DNA of 64,000 nucleotides from positions 31,551 to 95,550 of the forward strand of contig CAXBMO010000024.1 of the NCBI GenBank assembly GCA_963977015.1, written 5' to 3'. Shown here piece by piece: positions 36,119 to 46,326 of this stretch. The first letter of the stretch is position 1. Each line of letters opens with the position of its first letter. The notes below the pieces were generated by a model. That model ran no database searches. It was not told the DNA's origin and was given only the letters and a program-made list of their open reading frames with translations. A program made the position numbers and the translations under genes. Source of the stretch: an uncultured bacterium. GTDB taxonomy: Bacteria; Verrucomicrobiota; Verrucomicrobiia; Verrucomicrobiales; DEV007.

Positions 36119-37825
36119 ATGAACCCCGTCCACCTGTTTTCCGTTTTCCTGGCTTTCGCCATTCCGCTGAGCGCAGCACCCCATCAACCCAACATCATCT
36201 ACATACTATCCGATGACATGGGGTTTTCCGATATCGGATGCTATGGAAGCGAGGTCCAGACTCCAAATCTGGATGCCCTCGCCGCCAACGGGCTCCGTTT
36301 CACTCAGTTTTACAACACGGGCCGTTGTTGCCCGACCAGGGCCAGCCTGCTGACAGGACTCTACCCTCACCAGGCGGGTGTTGGTCACATGATGAATGAC
36401 CGCGGCTACAATGGCTATCGGGGAGACCTCAACCGAAACTGCGTCACCATTGCTGAGGCACTTAAACCCGCCGGTTACCGAAGCTACATTTCCGGCAAAT
36501 GGCATGTAACGCCCAAAGTTGATCCCAAGAACGAAGACGAAAAGTACAACTGGCCACTGCAACGGGGTTTTGACCGCTTTTATGGCACCATTCATGGGGC
36601 TGGCAGTTTCTTCGATCCCAACTCCCTGACGAGAGACAATCAACTCATCTCTCCCTACGCGGATCCTGAATATACTCCCAAGCAATATTACTACACAGAC
36701 GCAATCAGCGATCATGCGGTGCGATTCATCAGAGAACACCGTCTTCAACACGAAGCGCAGCCATTCTTTCTCTATGTCTCCTACACGGCCGCACACTGGC
36801 CCATGCACGCCCTGAAGAAGGATATCGCCAAATATGAGGGCAAATATGATCAAGGCTATTCCGCGATTCGGAACGCAAGGTATGAGCGAATGGTTGAGAT
36901 GGGATTGATTGATGAGGAATCGACTGTGAACTCGCAAATCCCAGAAGAATGGAAGGAGTCTGAGTATCTTGAGTGGGACATCAAAAACATGGAGGTGTAC
37001 GCGGCAATGATCGATAACATGGATCAAGGGATTGGCCGAATCGTCGAATCCCTCAAACAGACCAACCAGTTTGAGAATACGCTGATCTGCTTTTTGCAGG
37101 ACAACGGAGGTTGCGCCGAAAACTACGGGAGAAGCGGTGGCCCCAATGGTCCGCGCTCTCCTGTCCCCACCCTTCCTCCGCTGGCCAACGACTATCTTCA
37201 GCCTGACATGAACCCCAAACAAACGCGCGACGGCTTTGTGGTGAGACGCGGCAAGGGAGTGATGGCCGGACCGGCCGACACGCTGATTGGCTATGGCAGA
37301 GGCTGGGCCACGGTGTCGAACACTCCATTCCGAGAGTACAAGCATTGGGTGCATGAAGGCGGAATCTCCACCCCCTTGATCGCACATTGGCCCGCCAGGA
37401 TTCAGCGCAAGGGAGAGCTTGAAGATACCCCCGGACATTTGATCGACCTCCTGGCCACCGCTGTAGATATCAGCAACGCCACTTACCCAAGTTCCTATCA
37501 TGGCGACCACCCGATCAAGCCAATGGAAGGTGTTAGTTTGCTACCCACCTTCTTGGGAGAAGAGATTGAGCGGGAGGCCATTTACTGGGAACATGAGGGG
37601 AATCGGGCAGTCCGCGTTGGGAATTTTAAACTGGTCGCCAAAGGGGCAAAAGGTTCATGGGAACTGTATCATATCGCGAAAGATCGATCTGAGCAGAACA
37701 ACCTGGTCGAAGCTCAACCTGAAATGGCCCAGAAACTCGCCGAGATGTGGCAATCCTATGCGGAGCGCGCCGACGTTCTGCCTCTAAATCCAAATTCGAA
37801 GCAAACGTCAAAACCGAAAAAATAG
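36119..37825 (+). CDS. Arylsulfatase (S1 family), secreted
   Basis: PNII.ILSDD, CCPTRASLLTG (CxPxR), GKWH, DNG. Confidence 0.93.
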   Translation: MNPVHLFSVFLAFAIPLSAAPHQPNIIYILSDDMGFSDIGCYGSEVQTPNLDALAANGLRFTQFYNTGRCCPTRASLLTGLYPHQAGVGHMMNDRGYNGYRGDLNRNCVTIAEALKPAGYRSYISGKWHVTPKVDPKNEDEKYNWPLQRGFDRFYGTIHGAGSFFDPNSLTRDNQLISPYADPEYTPKQYYYTDAISDHAVRFIREHRLQHEAQPFFLYVSYTAAHWPMHALKKDIAKYEGKYDQGYSAIRNARYERMVEMGLIDEESTVNSQIPEEWKESEYLEWDIKNMEVYAAMIDNMDQGIGRIVESLKQTNQFENTLICFLQDNGGCAENYGRSGGPNGPRSPVPTLPPLANDYLQPDMNPKQTRDGFVVRRGKGVMAGPADTLIGYGRGWATVSNTPFREYKHWVHEGGISTPLIAHWPARIQRKGELEDTPGHLIDLLATAVDISNATYPSSYHGDHPIKPMEGVSLLPTFLGEEIEREAIYWEHEGNRAVRVGNFKLVAKGAKGSWELYHIAKDRSEQNNLVEAQPEMAQKLAEMWQSYAERADVLPLNPNSKQTSKPKK

Positions 37826-37838
37826 TAGCCTTGGCTGG

Positions 37839-38354
37839 CTACTCATCCCAGGTTTTTGCATAGAGCATACTGTCAAGAACTTCACCATTCTTGAAGGCAT
37901 TCTTTCGCAGGATCCCCTCAAGATCAAACCCAGCCTTCTCCAGCACTCTCCCTGAAGCTTGGTTGCTGGAAAACGGCTCAGCATAAATGCGAAGCAGCCC
38001 GAACTTCGAATGGGCGAAATCGGTAAAACAGCGAACTGCCTGCGACATGATTCCCCTTCCCCAGAAGGGTTCACCTAACCAATACCCCAACTCCGCTGTT
38101 TTACAGTGAACATCGACTCCAATTTCCAGGCCGATGATTCCAATGCACTCCTGCGATGTGCAAATTGCCAAAATCTGACCTTCTTGAAGCGTTTGACAGA
38201 GAGTGATGAATTGCTCGGCATCGTCTTGTTGATAGGGAGACGGAAACCGGTCCCGAAGATTGAGCCATACCTTCCGATTATTGGCATAAAGAGCCAGAGA
38301 TGAGGCATCTTGCTCGCAAAGGGGCCGTAAACTATAATCGCCAAAGCTAAGCAT
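37839..38354 (-). CDS. GNAT N-acetyltransferase (RimJ/RimL type)
   Basis: AELGYWLG..FWGRG, N.AS.RVLEKAGF..EG. Confidence 0.9.
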   Translation of the reverse strand: MLSFGDYSLRPLCEQDASSLALYANNRKVWLNLRDRFPSPYQQDDAEQFITLCQTLQEGQILAICTSQECIGIIGLEIGVDVHCKTAELGYWLGEPFWGRGIMSQAVRCFTDFAHSKFGLLRIYAEPFSSNQASGRVLEKAGFDLEGILRKNAFKNGEVLDSMLYAKTWDE

Positions 38355-39876
38355 CGTTCTTCTTCAGGATTGCCTCCACCGTCCGCAAAACGATCGGCTC
38401 GTCGGGTTGGAGGCGTTGCTTTTCTTTAACCAATTGCATTGCCACATCGTTATAGGCTTTCGAAACGCCATGCTGCGTTTCGAGGATTTCCATGACATAG
38501 CGAATACTCCGGTCGATCAGTTTGAAATTATTTGCGCTTACATAGGTCATGACATTTCCCGCATACCGTCCCAAGCGCCCCATCACCAAGGTAGAATGGA
38601 CATTGAGCAACATCTTGATCAGTAGATTTTCCCCCAAGGAATCCATCTCCCCGGGAACAGGAATCCTCGCGTCCAACCCACCAAACGCCCAAACGATGTC
38701 GGCTTTATCCCGCGAAAATCGAAAACACCTTTGGGGCGCCTTGTTCAATCGTCGATCCCGGGCAACCTGGTTGTGGCGGGAAAAATCAAACTTGGCCAGC
38801 GCTTCTGCATTGGTGAGATGTTTCAATTCCCCCCATTCAAGCGGACGGGGATTTCTCCCCAACAAGTCAAGCCAGGCAGCTTCAGCAGATTGAGCCTCGG
38901 GAATCCTTAGATAGCACAATGACGGCTTCTCTCCCTCTCCGTTTCGTTCAAACGGTGTCAGCGTAAACGTTGGAGACCGCTCCGTTGTATCCGTGAGAAT
39001 GGTGATACCATAGGGCCCGGGATCGTAGGTAAGATACTCACCCTTTTGATAAGCCTGAGATTCTGCTTCGATGAACGCGGCAAGAAAATTCCAATCAACC
39101 TCCTTCAATGCCCAGTTCTGCCAGTATTGAAAACTCTCCTTCAACCCTGCAGGATTCCGCTGCATCGCGAATCCAATGGCAGCCATGAGGACCGTGCTTG
39201 CCTGCATCCGCGTACTGCCGCTCAGCGCCATCGGTCCGACCGCCAGATTCACCTTCCTGACCGATTGGTTATCGAGAACGGCTCGCGACCTCTCAACATG
39301 TTCGCGGAGCTCGCGATCGGGATTGCAATAGAGAAAGTAGGGCGGCTCGACAGATACCTTTGCAGCCGCTTCCGTCGCTCCAATGACAAACGGAGTCTCC
39401 CCGCCTTCCGTTGAAGATATCAGCAAATCACCGTTGGAGAACCCCAATTCCAGAAGCTGTCGTTCGCCAAAATCGGGTCGGTCCTCGAATCTTTCGATCG
39501 AACGAATCAGAGCGGCATCGCCACCTGCCATGAAGCCGATGACATTGTTGTCGGTCGCCCCTTTGAGAAGGCCACCTCTCGCAAAGATCTCCAACGAAAT
39601 CGAAAGCCGCCCCGTGGCACCACAACCACAGAGGAAAACCTTGTCTCCGCGATCAAGAGTTTGCCGGATCGCAACCGCCAGCCCTTCCAACTTGTCAATC
39701 CGGCCTTCGAACAACGCCAGCGCATCCTGATCAACTTCCTTGAGCACTTGAATTGCTCTGGAAAGATCGCTCCTGGCCCATGACGACAGGTTTTTCGTCT
39801 TTGGATGCGGACGCTCGGTGTCCAGCATTCCAAGTTGAAATTGAGCGCCGACCTCAAGAAAATCCGGCTCTGACAT
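38347..39876 (-). CDS. SIS-domain protein, MurQ/glucokinase-regulator-like
   Basis: TE..HP, GCGATGRL, AGGD.A, GSTRM, and a C-terminal KMLLN..ST.VM...G....N.M...N.KL..R block. About 200 aa longer than MurQ. Confidence 0.75.
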   Translation of the reverse strand: MSEPDFLEVGAQFQLGMLDTERPHPKTKNLSSWARSDLSRAIQVLKEVDQDALALFEGRIDKLEGLAVAIRQTLDRGDKVFLCGCGATGRLSISLEIFARGGLLKGATDNNVIGFMAGGDAALIRSIERFEDRPDFGERQLLELGFSNGDLLISSTEGGETPFVIGATEAAAKVSVEPPYFLYCNPDRELREHVERSRAVLDNQSVRKVNLAVGPMALSGSTRMQASTVLMAAIGFAMQRNPAGLKESFQYWQNWALKEVDWNFLAAFIEAESQAYQKGEYLTYDPGPYGITILTDTTERSPTFTLTPFERNGEGEKPSLCYLRIPEAQSAEAAWLDLLGRNPRPLEWGELKHLTNAEALAKFDFSRHNQVARDRRLNKAPQRCFRFSRDKADIVWAFGGLDARIPVPGEMDSLGENLLIKMLLNVHSTLVMGRLGRYAGNVMTYVSANNFKLIDRSIRYVMEILETQHGVSKAYNDVAMQLVKEKQRLQPDEPIVLRTVEAILKKNDA

Positions 39877-39911
39877 TGGCCAAATATTCCACAGATTTCC
39901 GAAAACGCCCT

Positions 39912-40205
39912 CTACTTTGCAGGCTCTTTAACGCCCTTGCTTTTGGATGCGCGATTCGTGTCCCTCAGTTCCTCCACTTTCCGGAATCGCCATGCGAACC
40001 AACCAAAGCGCGCATTCCGAAAGGTCTTCGGCCTTGCCGGCATCCCAACGAGGCTAACCGCAAAAATGATATCATTGTCAGACCAACAGTCCTCGATGCA
40101 ATAAAGCTGATTTTCGATCGGGTGCTTTCCGCCGTGAATCTTGATACCCAATGGATCGATATCCCGATCATTTACACATATGACTTTGTCTCCTGGTTCA
40201 AACAT
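39912..40205 (-). CDS. Hypothetical protein, 97 aa
   Basis: Clean ORF filling the gap between co-oriented genes; MF.PGDKVICV...RFRK pattern. Confidence 0.6.
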   Translation of the reverse strand: MFEPGDKVICVNDRDIDPLGIKIHGGKHPIENQLYCIEDCWSDNDIIFAVSLVGMPARPKTFRNARFGWFAWRFRKVEELRDTNRASKSKGVKEPAK

Positions 40206-40314
40206 GGACTCCGCGTCGTAACAAAATCACGAATTACCACAACTTGTATTCAAGCGCCAGTAGGGAAGCCCTTGGGCTTCCATTTTTTGGGAATCTCAGA
40301 TCGAAAATCGGCGG

Positions 40315-41850
40315 CTACATCAATTTGGCACCCGCTTCTGCGAGATCACTCCGTTCTCCTTTTTCCAGCGAAATGTGGGCGGCAAATGGCTGCCCACGCA
40401 GTCTCCGGCGCGTGTAAACCAAGCCATTACTCCGGCTATCCACATAAGGGTTGTCAATCTGCGCAGGATCCCCGACCAGAATGAGCTTTGCTCCTTTTGA
40501 CATTCGGGTAACCACCGTCTTCGCCTCCAGAGGCGTCATTTGCTGGGCCTCATCCAGAATGAAGAAGCGGTTGGGAATTGAACGCCCCCGAATGAAACAA
40601 AGCGCCTCAATCTCGATGAGCTTCTGCTGAATGAGATCTTCGTAGGGACTCTTGGCGGTGGTTTGCACGGGAACTTTCTGGCCATTGGCATTCCCTTTTT
40701 TTCCACCGCCACCGGGAGGCATCAGGTAGTCCAATGCATCATAAATTGGCTGGAGCCACGGACGCATTTTCTCTTCCAGGTCTCCCGGGAGAAAGCCAAC
40801 GGAATCCCCCATTGGCACAACAGGCCGGCTGATCGTCAAACCTGTATAGTTGCGCTCAAAAACACCGTGCAATCCAGCGGCGGCGGCAACCAACGTCTTT
40901 CCTGTTCCGGCGGCGCCAAAGCAGGTAACCAGAGAGATGTCCGGATTCAACAACGCGTCCAACAGGCAGTGCTGACCAAGGTTTACCGGCTTGAGCCGAA
41001 TGCCTTTCGGATTGCGAAGCGCGTCAGGAATCTGCAACTTCACGAAGCAACCACTACCGGTATGGCGCGCTGGCATGGTTCGTTTTTCACCAGCTTGAAG
41101 CAACACATATTGGTTCACATCAAGCTTCGGGATCCGGTCGTCTCCAAATTCAATCGAGCCAGTGCTGGCAAATCGCTGCATTTCGTTGGTCGCGACCTCG
41201 ATTCGAACCAATCCAGTTTGGCTTAGTTCTGCCGGTGTGATTTTGTCGTTCTGATAGTCCTCACAAGCAATCCCCAAGGCACGTGCCTTGAGCTGCATAT
41301 TAAGGTCTTTGGTGACCAGGACGGTCGGTGCTGAATTCGCCTCACTTACGAGCAGCGTGCAGGCGATGATTCGGTTGTCCACCTGCTCATCATCAGGGAG
41401 GATTCGGCGAAAACGCGTCAATTGCTGACGGGCCGCATTCTTTGAGGAATCCGCGACCACCAATCGCAACGTACCACTGCCGGAGGTCGGCACTCCGACC
41501 GTGATCAACTCCTGACGATTTTCAAACGCAGCGGTCAGGACCCGGTGAACTTCCCGGGCACTCGCACCACGATCACTTTGCTCGTTTTTGAAACGATCCA
41601 GTTCCGAGAGAACCTCAAAGGGAATACAAACGTGATTGTCGGCAAATCGCTCGATACAATGAGGGTCGTGAATCAGGACGTTCGTATCGATCACGAAGTT
41701 CTTCCCGTGGGCGGAAGGGGCCTTAAGACCGGAAGGCGGCTCTTTCTTTTTGGTTTTCGTCTTTGAACTAGTGGACTCTGCGGCGTTGAATAAAACAGGG
41801 GAAACCAACTCCGAGGCGGCGTTGGCGTGAGCAGGATTCTTGGAACTCAT
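40315..41850 (-). CDS. PIN-PhoH (PhoH2-type) protein
   Basis: PIN: VIDTNVL, ELD, DNRI, TKD.N. PhoH: GAAGTGKT, GFLPG, IRGRS, LDEAQ, GDPAQID. Confidence 0.92.
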   Translation of the reverse strand: MSSKNPAHANAASELVSPVLFNAAESTSSKTKTKKKEPPSGLKAPSAHGKNFVIDTNVLIHDPHCIERFADNHVCIPFEVLSELDRFKNEQSDRGASAREVHRVLTAAFENRQELITVGVPTSGSGTLRLVVADSSKNAARQQLTRFRRILPDDEQVDNRIIACTLLVSEANSAPTVLVTKDLNMQLKARALGIACEDYQNDKITPAELSQTGLVRIEVATNEMQRFASTGSIEFGDDRIPKLDVNQYVLLQAGEKRTMPARHTGSGCFVKLQIPDALRNPKGIRLKPVNLGQHCLLDALLNPDISLVTCFGAAGTGKTLVAAAAGLHGVFERNYTGLTISRPVVPMGDSVGFLPGDLEEKMRPWLQPIYDALDYLMPPGGGGKKGNANGQKVPVQTTAKSPYEDLIQQKLIEIEALCFIRGRSIPNRFFILDEAQQMTPLEAKTVVTRMSKGAKLILVGDPAQIDNPYVDSRSNGLVYTRRRLRGQPFAAHISLEKGERSDLAEAGAKLM

Positions 41851-42025
41851 GTGTTATTTTGTAGCGCGTGGCAAATTGCGGATTGGTTGAAACTTCAGCC
41901 AAGCCAAAAGATGCCGGGATGGGAAAGAGCGGTAGCAAAGAAATGCAACGGTTCTGAAAGACTAACAAAGCCAAACTACATATCCACCAAAACGCAAGCA
42001 GACAAATCTGATTTTAGACCAGACC

Positions 42026-43387
42026 TCACATGGTCCCATTCAATAACATAAACGCTTTCACCGCTTCATCCGTCGGTTCCAAATCATAGCGAACCTGCCT
42101 CTTTTCACGAAGTTGCTCCAACGCAGGATGCTTCGGACGAATGCCGGTAGCTCTCTCAATAACATCGGGGAATTTGGCCGGATCAGCGGTCGCCAAAATG
42201 ACGGTATTCGCCTCTGGATCGATATCTTGAAAGCCACAGGCGGTGTGGGGATCGACGATGTAATCGTATTTCTCGTGCACCATTTTGATGTTCTCGAGAA
42301 TTTCCGGATCGCTGGTTCGCGTCGCTCTGAAGGCTCCACGATCGAAATTTGGAATCTCCAGATTCCCGGTTTCCCGAACCTGCTGCATCATCTTCCGGAC
42401 CGCTTCGCCATCTCCATCCTGCGAAAAATAGAGGAATCGCTCAAAATTGGAGGCGACCTGAATGTCCATCGAAGGCGCGAAACTCGGCGAGACTTTCCCT
42501 TGTTTATAAACCCCTGTATTGAAGAAGTTGTAGAGAATGTCGTTCTGGTTGGTGGCAACAACGAACTTGTTGCAGGGCACTCCCATCTCTGAGGCTAGCC
42601 AACCCGCAAAAACATTGCCAAAGTTCCCGGTCGGAACCACGAATTCCACATTGTCCGAGCGATCAGCCGGTAGCTGCATGAAGGCGTGAAGGTAGTAGAC
42701 CGACTGTGCCAAAACTCGCGCCAGGTTGATGGAGTTGATCGCGGAAAGTCGAACCTGCGACCGGAACTCCTCATCGCCAAACAGGTCTTTCACCAACCGC
42801 TGAGCGTCATCGAAGGTGCCATCGATCGGAATGGGGTAAATGTTCTTCGCTTCCGTGCACGTCATCTGGCGTTCCTGCCATTCGGAAATTCGCCCCTTGG
42901 GATAGAGAACGAAAACGTTGACCCCTTCTTTTCCTGCCAACCCATGAATGGCGGCTGATCCAGTGTCGCCTGACGTTGCCCCCAATACATTGATCGGGTC
43001 CTGGGTTTTGCGAATTTGGTCCTCAAACAGATTGCCGACCAACTGAAGCCCAAAATCCTTGAACGAGAGCGTCGGCCCGTGAAAAAGCTCCAAGACGAAG
43101 AGATTCTCATCCAACTGCCGAAGCGGCGCTGTCGCCATATCGCTGAAATTCGAATACGAACGGTCAGCAAGCTTGAAGACCTCGCTCGCTTCATGATCAT
43201 TATCAAAAAGCGACAGAACTTCGACAGCCAGCGCTGGATACGGCTCGGGGTCGCCACTCACCAAATCCGGCGAAAGGTCTGGAATTTCTGCGGGCACATA
43301 AAGTCCGCCATCCGGGGCCAAGCCGTTGGCAAAGGCTTCAGGAAACGACACCTCAGGTGCTTGTTTGCGGGTGCTTACGTAGCGCAT
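42026..43387 (-). CDS. thrC: Threonine synthase
   Basis: MRYVSTR, GLAPDGGL, ELFHGPT.SFKD, ATSGDTG, NSIN..R, VPTGNFG, DPHTA. Confidence 0.95.
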   Translation of the reverse strand: MRYVSTRKQAPEVSFPEAFANGLAPDGGLYVPAEIPDLSPDLVSGDPEPYPALAVEVLSLFDNDHEASEVFKLADRSYSNFSDMATAPLRQLDENLFVLELFHGPTLSFKDFGLQLVGNLFEDQIRKTQDPINVLGATSGDTGSAAIHGLAGKEGVNVFVLYPKGRISEWQERQMTCTEAKNIYPIPIDGTFDDAQRLVKDLFGDEEFRSQVRLSAINSINLARVLAQSVYYLHAFMQLPADRSDNVEFVVPTGNFGNVFAGWLASEMGVPCNKFVVATNQNDILYNFFNTGVYKQGKVSPSFAPSMDIQVASNFERFLYFSQDGDGEAVRKMMQQVRETGNLEIPNFDRGAFRATRTSDPEILENIKMVHEKYDYIVDPHTACGFQDIDPEANTVILATADPAKFPDVIERATGIRPKHPALEQLREKRQVRYDLEPTDEAVKAFMLLNGTM

Positions 43388-43446
43388 TTTTGAATAGGAA
43401 TTTTCGAATTAAGGTCGCTGAACTTGGAGCGTTCCCCTGTTAAGTC

Positions 43447-43473
43447 AAAATTCGAAATTCAAAATTCAAATTC
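43447..43473 (+). repeat. Short tandem repeat, about 4 x (R)AAATTC
   Basis: aaaattc gaaattc aaaattc aaattc in the thrC/GH26 divergent intergenic region. Confidence 0.7.
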
Positions 43474-43499
43474 GGAAAGCCGATGCTTCATTGGAGACC

Positions 43500-45176
43500 A
43501 TGCGACTCTTGACGGTCCTCGTTGCCTTAGTCACCACCAATCTCTGCCAGGGCGAATTGCTCATCAATGGAGATTTTGAGAGTCCACGCCAGGATGGCTG
43601 GAATTACCAGGGTGAAAACGATGGCTCCCATGGCGTGTTTTCAGAGCCCTCCCGCCCAGGGACCTTGACGTATCTCTTGCAGCTGGCGGGAAGCGGGAAA
43701 CTGGGATTCAGCGCGATTTCCCAGAAATTTGCGGTGACGCCGGGCCAGACCTATCGATTGAGTCTCGAGGTTTTCGATGGGGTCCCGGTCTCCAGCAATG
43801 CCGACTTGAGGCATTCAGCCTATCTGGATGGCCAACTGGTTTTCGAGAAAAAGCCGCGTTTGGGCCATCCCGTGACCGGATGGTATCGTCGCCAGGCGAC
43901 GTTCCGAGCCCAACGCTCCGAGGCGGAGATTCTGATCAAACTGAATGGTGTGGCAGGTCGAGAGGAATCAACCACGCTGATCGACAACGTGCGAGTCTTA
44001 CCAATTGAGCGCGAAGTGCCAGCCCCTCTGCTTCGCGGCAAACCGCTGAGGTTTCCGGAGTCCAGCGATCGGCTGGCGGTCGCAATCGGCTACGCGAAAC
44101 CCGGGGGAGGAATGTACGGTGGGTTCGAACCTCTCGAACGCCATCTCGATTTTACCGGTCACTACCCTCCCCTCTGCGTTATCAGGGGGGATTGGGACTT
44201 GGTGAGGAAGGACCTGGAATCGTTTTCCAAGATGATTCCAGCAATTCAACCGTGGGTCAGAAGCGGTGTCGTCCCGATCATCAACGTCCATTCTTCGCTG
44301 GCGAAGGTTCGAGACATCTCCAGCCGCAAACACGATGACTTTTTTCGGGCATGGGCCCGACAGGCCCGGAATTGGGGCTATCCACTGGTGTTGCGGCCGT
44401 GGGCAGGAATGGACCACGAGCCCGATCTGAACTCCGGAGAGTTTGTCAGCGCGTGGAAACATGTTCACGAGATTTTCGCCGCACAAGATGCCCGCAACGT
44501 GCTTTGGTATTGGACCCCGAGGGAGTTGAATGGCGAGTCACGTCGTTTTTTCCCGGGAATCTCCCAGGTGGACCTTGTCGGTTGTGATGGCCTTGAGCCC
44601 ACCGCAATTTATGCCGAACATTTAAAACACACCGGGCGAACCCCGTTCGCGTTTTCGGGTGATTTTGCTCTGGATGCCCTTCCGGTCTGGTTGGCCAACA
44701 AGCCGGAAGATGTTGTCGCGAACTTCCCCTCTGCGCAGTTTTACACCCACCCCCATTTGGAGATGGTTGAAACCTGGCCCAAAGCTGCCGAAGCGTATGC
44801 ACACTTGATGGCCGGTTCTACGTCCATCAAACGGCTGGACCAGGCGACTCCGCCAGAGCTCGGGGTTGAAGTTTCCCGCAAAGGAGAGGCCGCAATGGTC
44901 GCCATTGAGAATAAGGGCGGGCAACACGCGCTTCGCCAATCTCGACTGAAAGTGCAATTCTGGTCGGCGAATCCAACCATTCCCGCAATGAATGCGCAGG
45001 AGGTGGGAAAGGCCCGGTGGATTACGCTGAGACAAGGAGAAAAACGCGTGCTCCGCCAAAACTGGGCCGACCAGGGAACTTCGCCAGTCTTTGCGACGAT
45101 TGACCGGTCTACCGACAGCACCTTCCTATCCGGCGTGACGGACGATGGAGATACGCTGGTCTTCCACGAATCGTAG
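43500..45176 (+). CDS. Secreted CBM-like plus GH26-like TIM-barrel protein, probably non-catalytic
   Basis: Signal peptide, LINGDFE...IDNV CBM-like module, then GH26-type G.HD..F..WA, LRP, F..AW..V..IF, NV.W.W.P, PG...VD.VG.D. Confidence 0.7.
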   Translation: MRLLTVLVALVTTNLCQGELLINGDFESPRQDGWNYQGENDGSHGVFSEPSRPGTLTYLLQLAGSGKLGFSAISQKFAVTPGQTYRLSLEVFDGVPVSSNADLRHSAYLDGQLVFEKKPRLGHPVTGWYRRQATFRAQRSEAEILIKLNGVAGREESTTLIDNVRVLPIEREVPAPLLRGKPLRFPESSDRLAVAIGYAKPGGGMYGGFEPLERHLDFTGHYPPLCVIRGDWDLVRKDLESFSKMIPAIQPWVRSGVVPIINVHSSLAKVRDISSRKHDDFFRAWARQARNWGYPLVLRPWAGMDHEPDLNSGEFVSAWKHVHEIFAAQDARNVLWYWTPRELNGESRRFFPGISQVDLVGCDGLEPTAIYAEHLKHTGRTPFAFSGDFALDALPVWLANKPEDVVANFPSAQFYTHPHLEMVETWPKAAEAYAHLMAGSTSIKRLDQATPPELGVEVSRKGEAAMVAIENKGGQHALRQSRLKVQFWSANPTIPAMNAQEVGKARWITLRQGEKRVLRQNWADQGTSPVFATIDRSTDSTFLSGVTDDGDTLVFHES

Positions 45177-45194
45177 ATCGGCCAACGCAGGGCC

Positions 45195-46130
45195 TCAACG
45201 GCGCTTCATGTAGGTTTCCATCGCTTTCCCTGCCGAACTGCTGCCGCCTTCGAACGCCTTGTAGTTTTCAATGCTGGTTCCGGTCCAGAAGTAACAATTT
45301 TCCTCTTTGTCCGGGTCACCCGTAGGATCAATGGGAATCTCAGCAATCTTCGTCCGCTCCACATGGCCGTCCATGAATCCAACATGGACGTAGCGCCCGC
45401 CGTAACGTTTCGCGCCCTCCTCGATCTGCTCTTCATCGCCAAAACCGATGCTGTTTTTATCCCCCTCATCCCCTTCGATCAAGAGCATGGTAGCGGCGTC
45501 ATCCACAAACAGACTGCGTTTCCGTGGAGTGAACTCCCAATCTCCTGAACCTGCCTGGGAGGAATCGGTAATCAGGCTCCGATTGAGGCAGAACGACATG
45601 TCATAGTAGGTTTTGTCATCTTCAGCGGCATAGAGCAATCGAGCCGCATCAACAAGAAACACCGTGTCCTTCAGGTGCGATCCGTCTCCGCCTGAGCCGT
45701 CACGAGTGTTGTTGTCCGAAGAGTCTCCCGTGTTACCAAGCGCTCCCCCGGAGGTTTCATTCGCGTCAGCTGCGCTTCCCAAATCCGTGGCCGCAGTCCT
45801 GTCCGGATAGACCTGTGCGTAAATCGTGGAATCCAACCAGCGGGCCTCTCCGGTCCGGGTCTCTCCCGTCTGCGAGGCCGAACTGGAAGCATCACCCGGA
45901 AAATAAGCTGGGGGAAAATACTCGTTGTGAGCGGCCGCGTAGTCGTGAAATCCCGCCAAAATCGCCTTCATGTGCGGCGCGGTCTTGGTTGCCACCGCCA
46001 TGTTGCGGAGCCTCGTATAAACTGGAAGCATGAGAGACGCGATCACCCCAATGATGATCAACGCTACCATGATCTCGATGAAACTGAATCCGCGCCGTGA
46101 CGCTCGGGGAGTTGATGCAAAACCGTTCAT
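45195..46130 (-). CDS. Prepilin-type N-methylation domain protein with C-terminal H-X9-DG-like motif
   Basis: RRGFSFIEIMVALIII cleavage site and VGFMDGHVE near the C-terminus. Confidence 0.85.
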   Translation of the reverse strand: MNGFASTPRASRRGFSFIEIMVALIIIGVIASLMLPVYTRLRNMAVATKTAPHMKAILAGFHDYAAAHNEYFPPAYFPGDASSSASQTGETRTGEARWLDSTIYAQVYPDRTAATDLGSAADANETSGGALGNTGDSSDNNTRDGSGGDGSHLKDTVFLVDAARLLYAAEDDKTYYDMSFCLNRSLITDSSQAGSGDWEFTPRKRSLFVDDAATMLLIEGDEGDKNSIGFGDEEQIEEGAKRYGGRYVHVGFMDGHVERTKIAEIPIDPTGDPDKEENCYFWTGTSIENYKAFEGGSSSAGKAMETYMKRR

Positions 46131-46326
46131 GGGGAAGAGAGAAATGTAGGGTGCCGAAGTTTTGGGCACTTCAATTGTGATTACATCGTAAATTTAGCTC
46201 CCCGTCCAGTCAAGACAGAGCAATTCCTTTGGAATTTTCGCGAACGCCAGCCGGTTCCTGGAAATGCGGGTTGCTTCCGACCTGGAGAAGCCCCTAGTTT
46301 TTTGCCAAATCACCCCTTTCAGCCCC

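Noticed and set aside
40315-41850. Toxin-antitoxin module based on the PIN domain
   Set aside because: The PIN domain is fused to PhoH (a known PhoH2 architecture) and no antitoxin-like gene is evident upstream.
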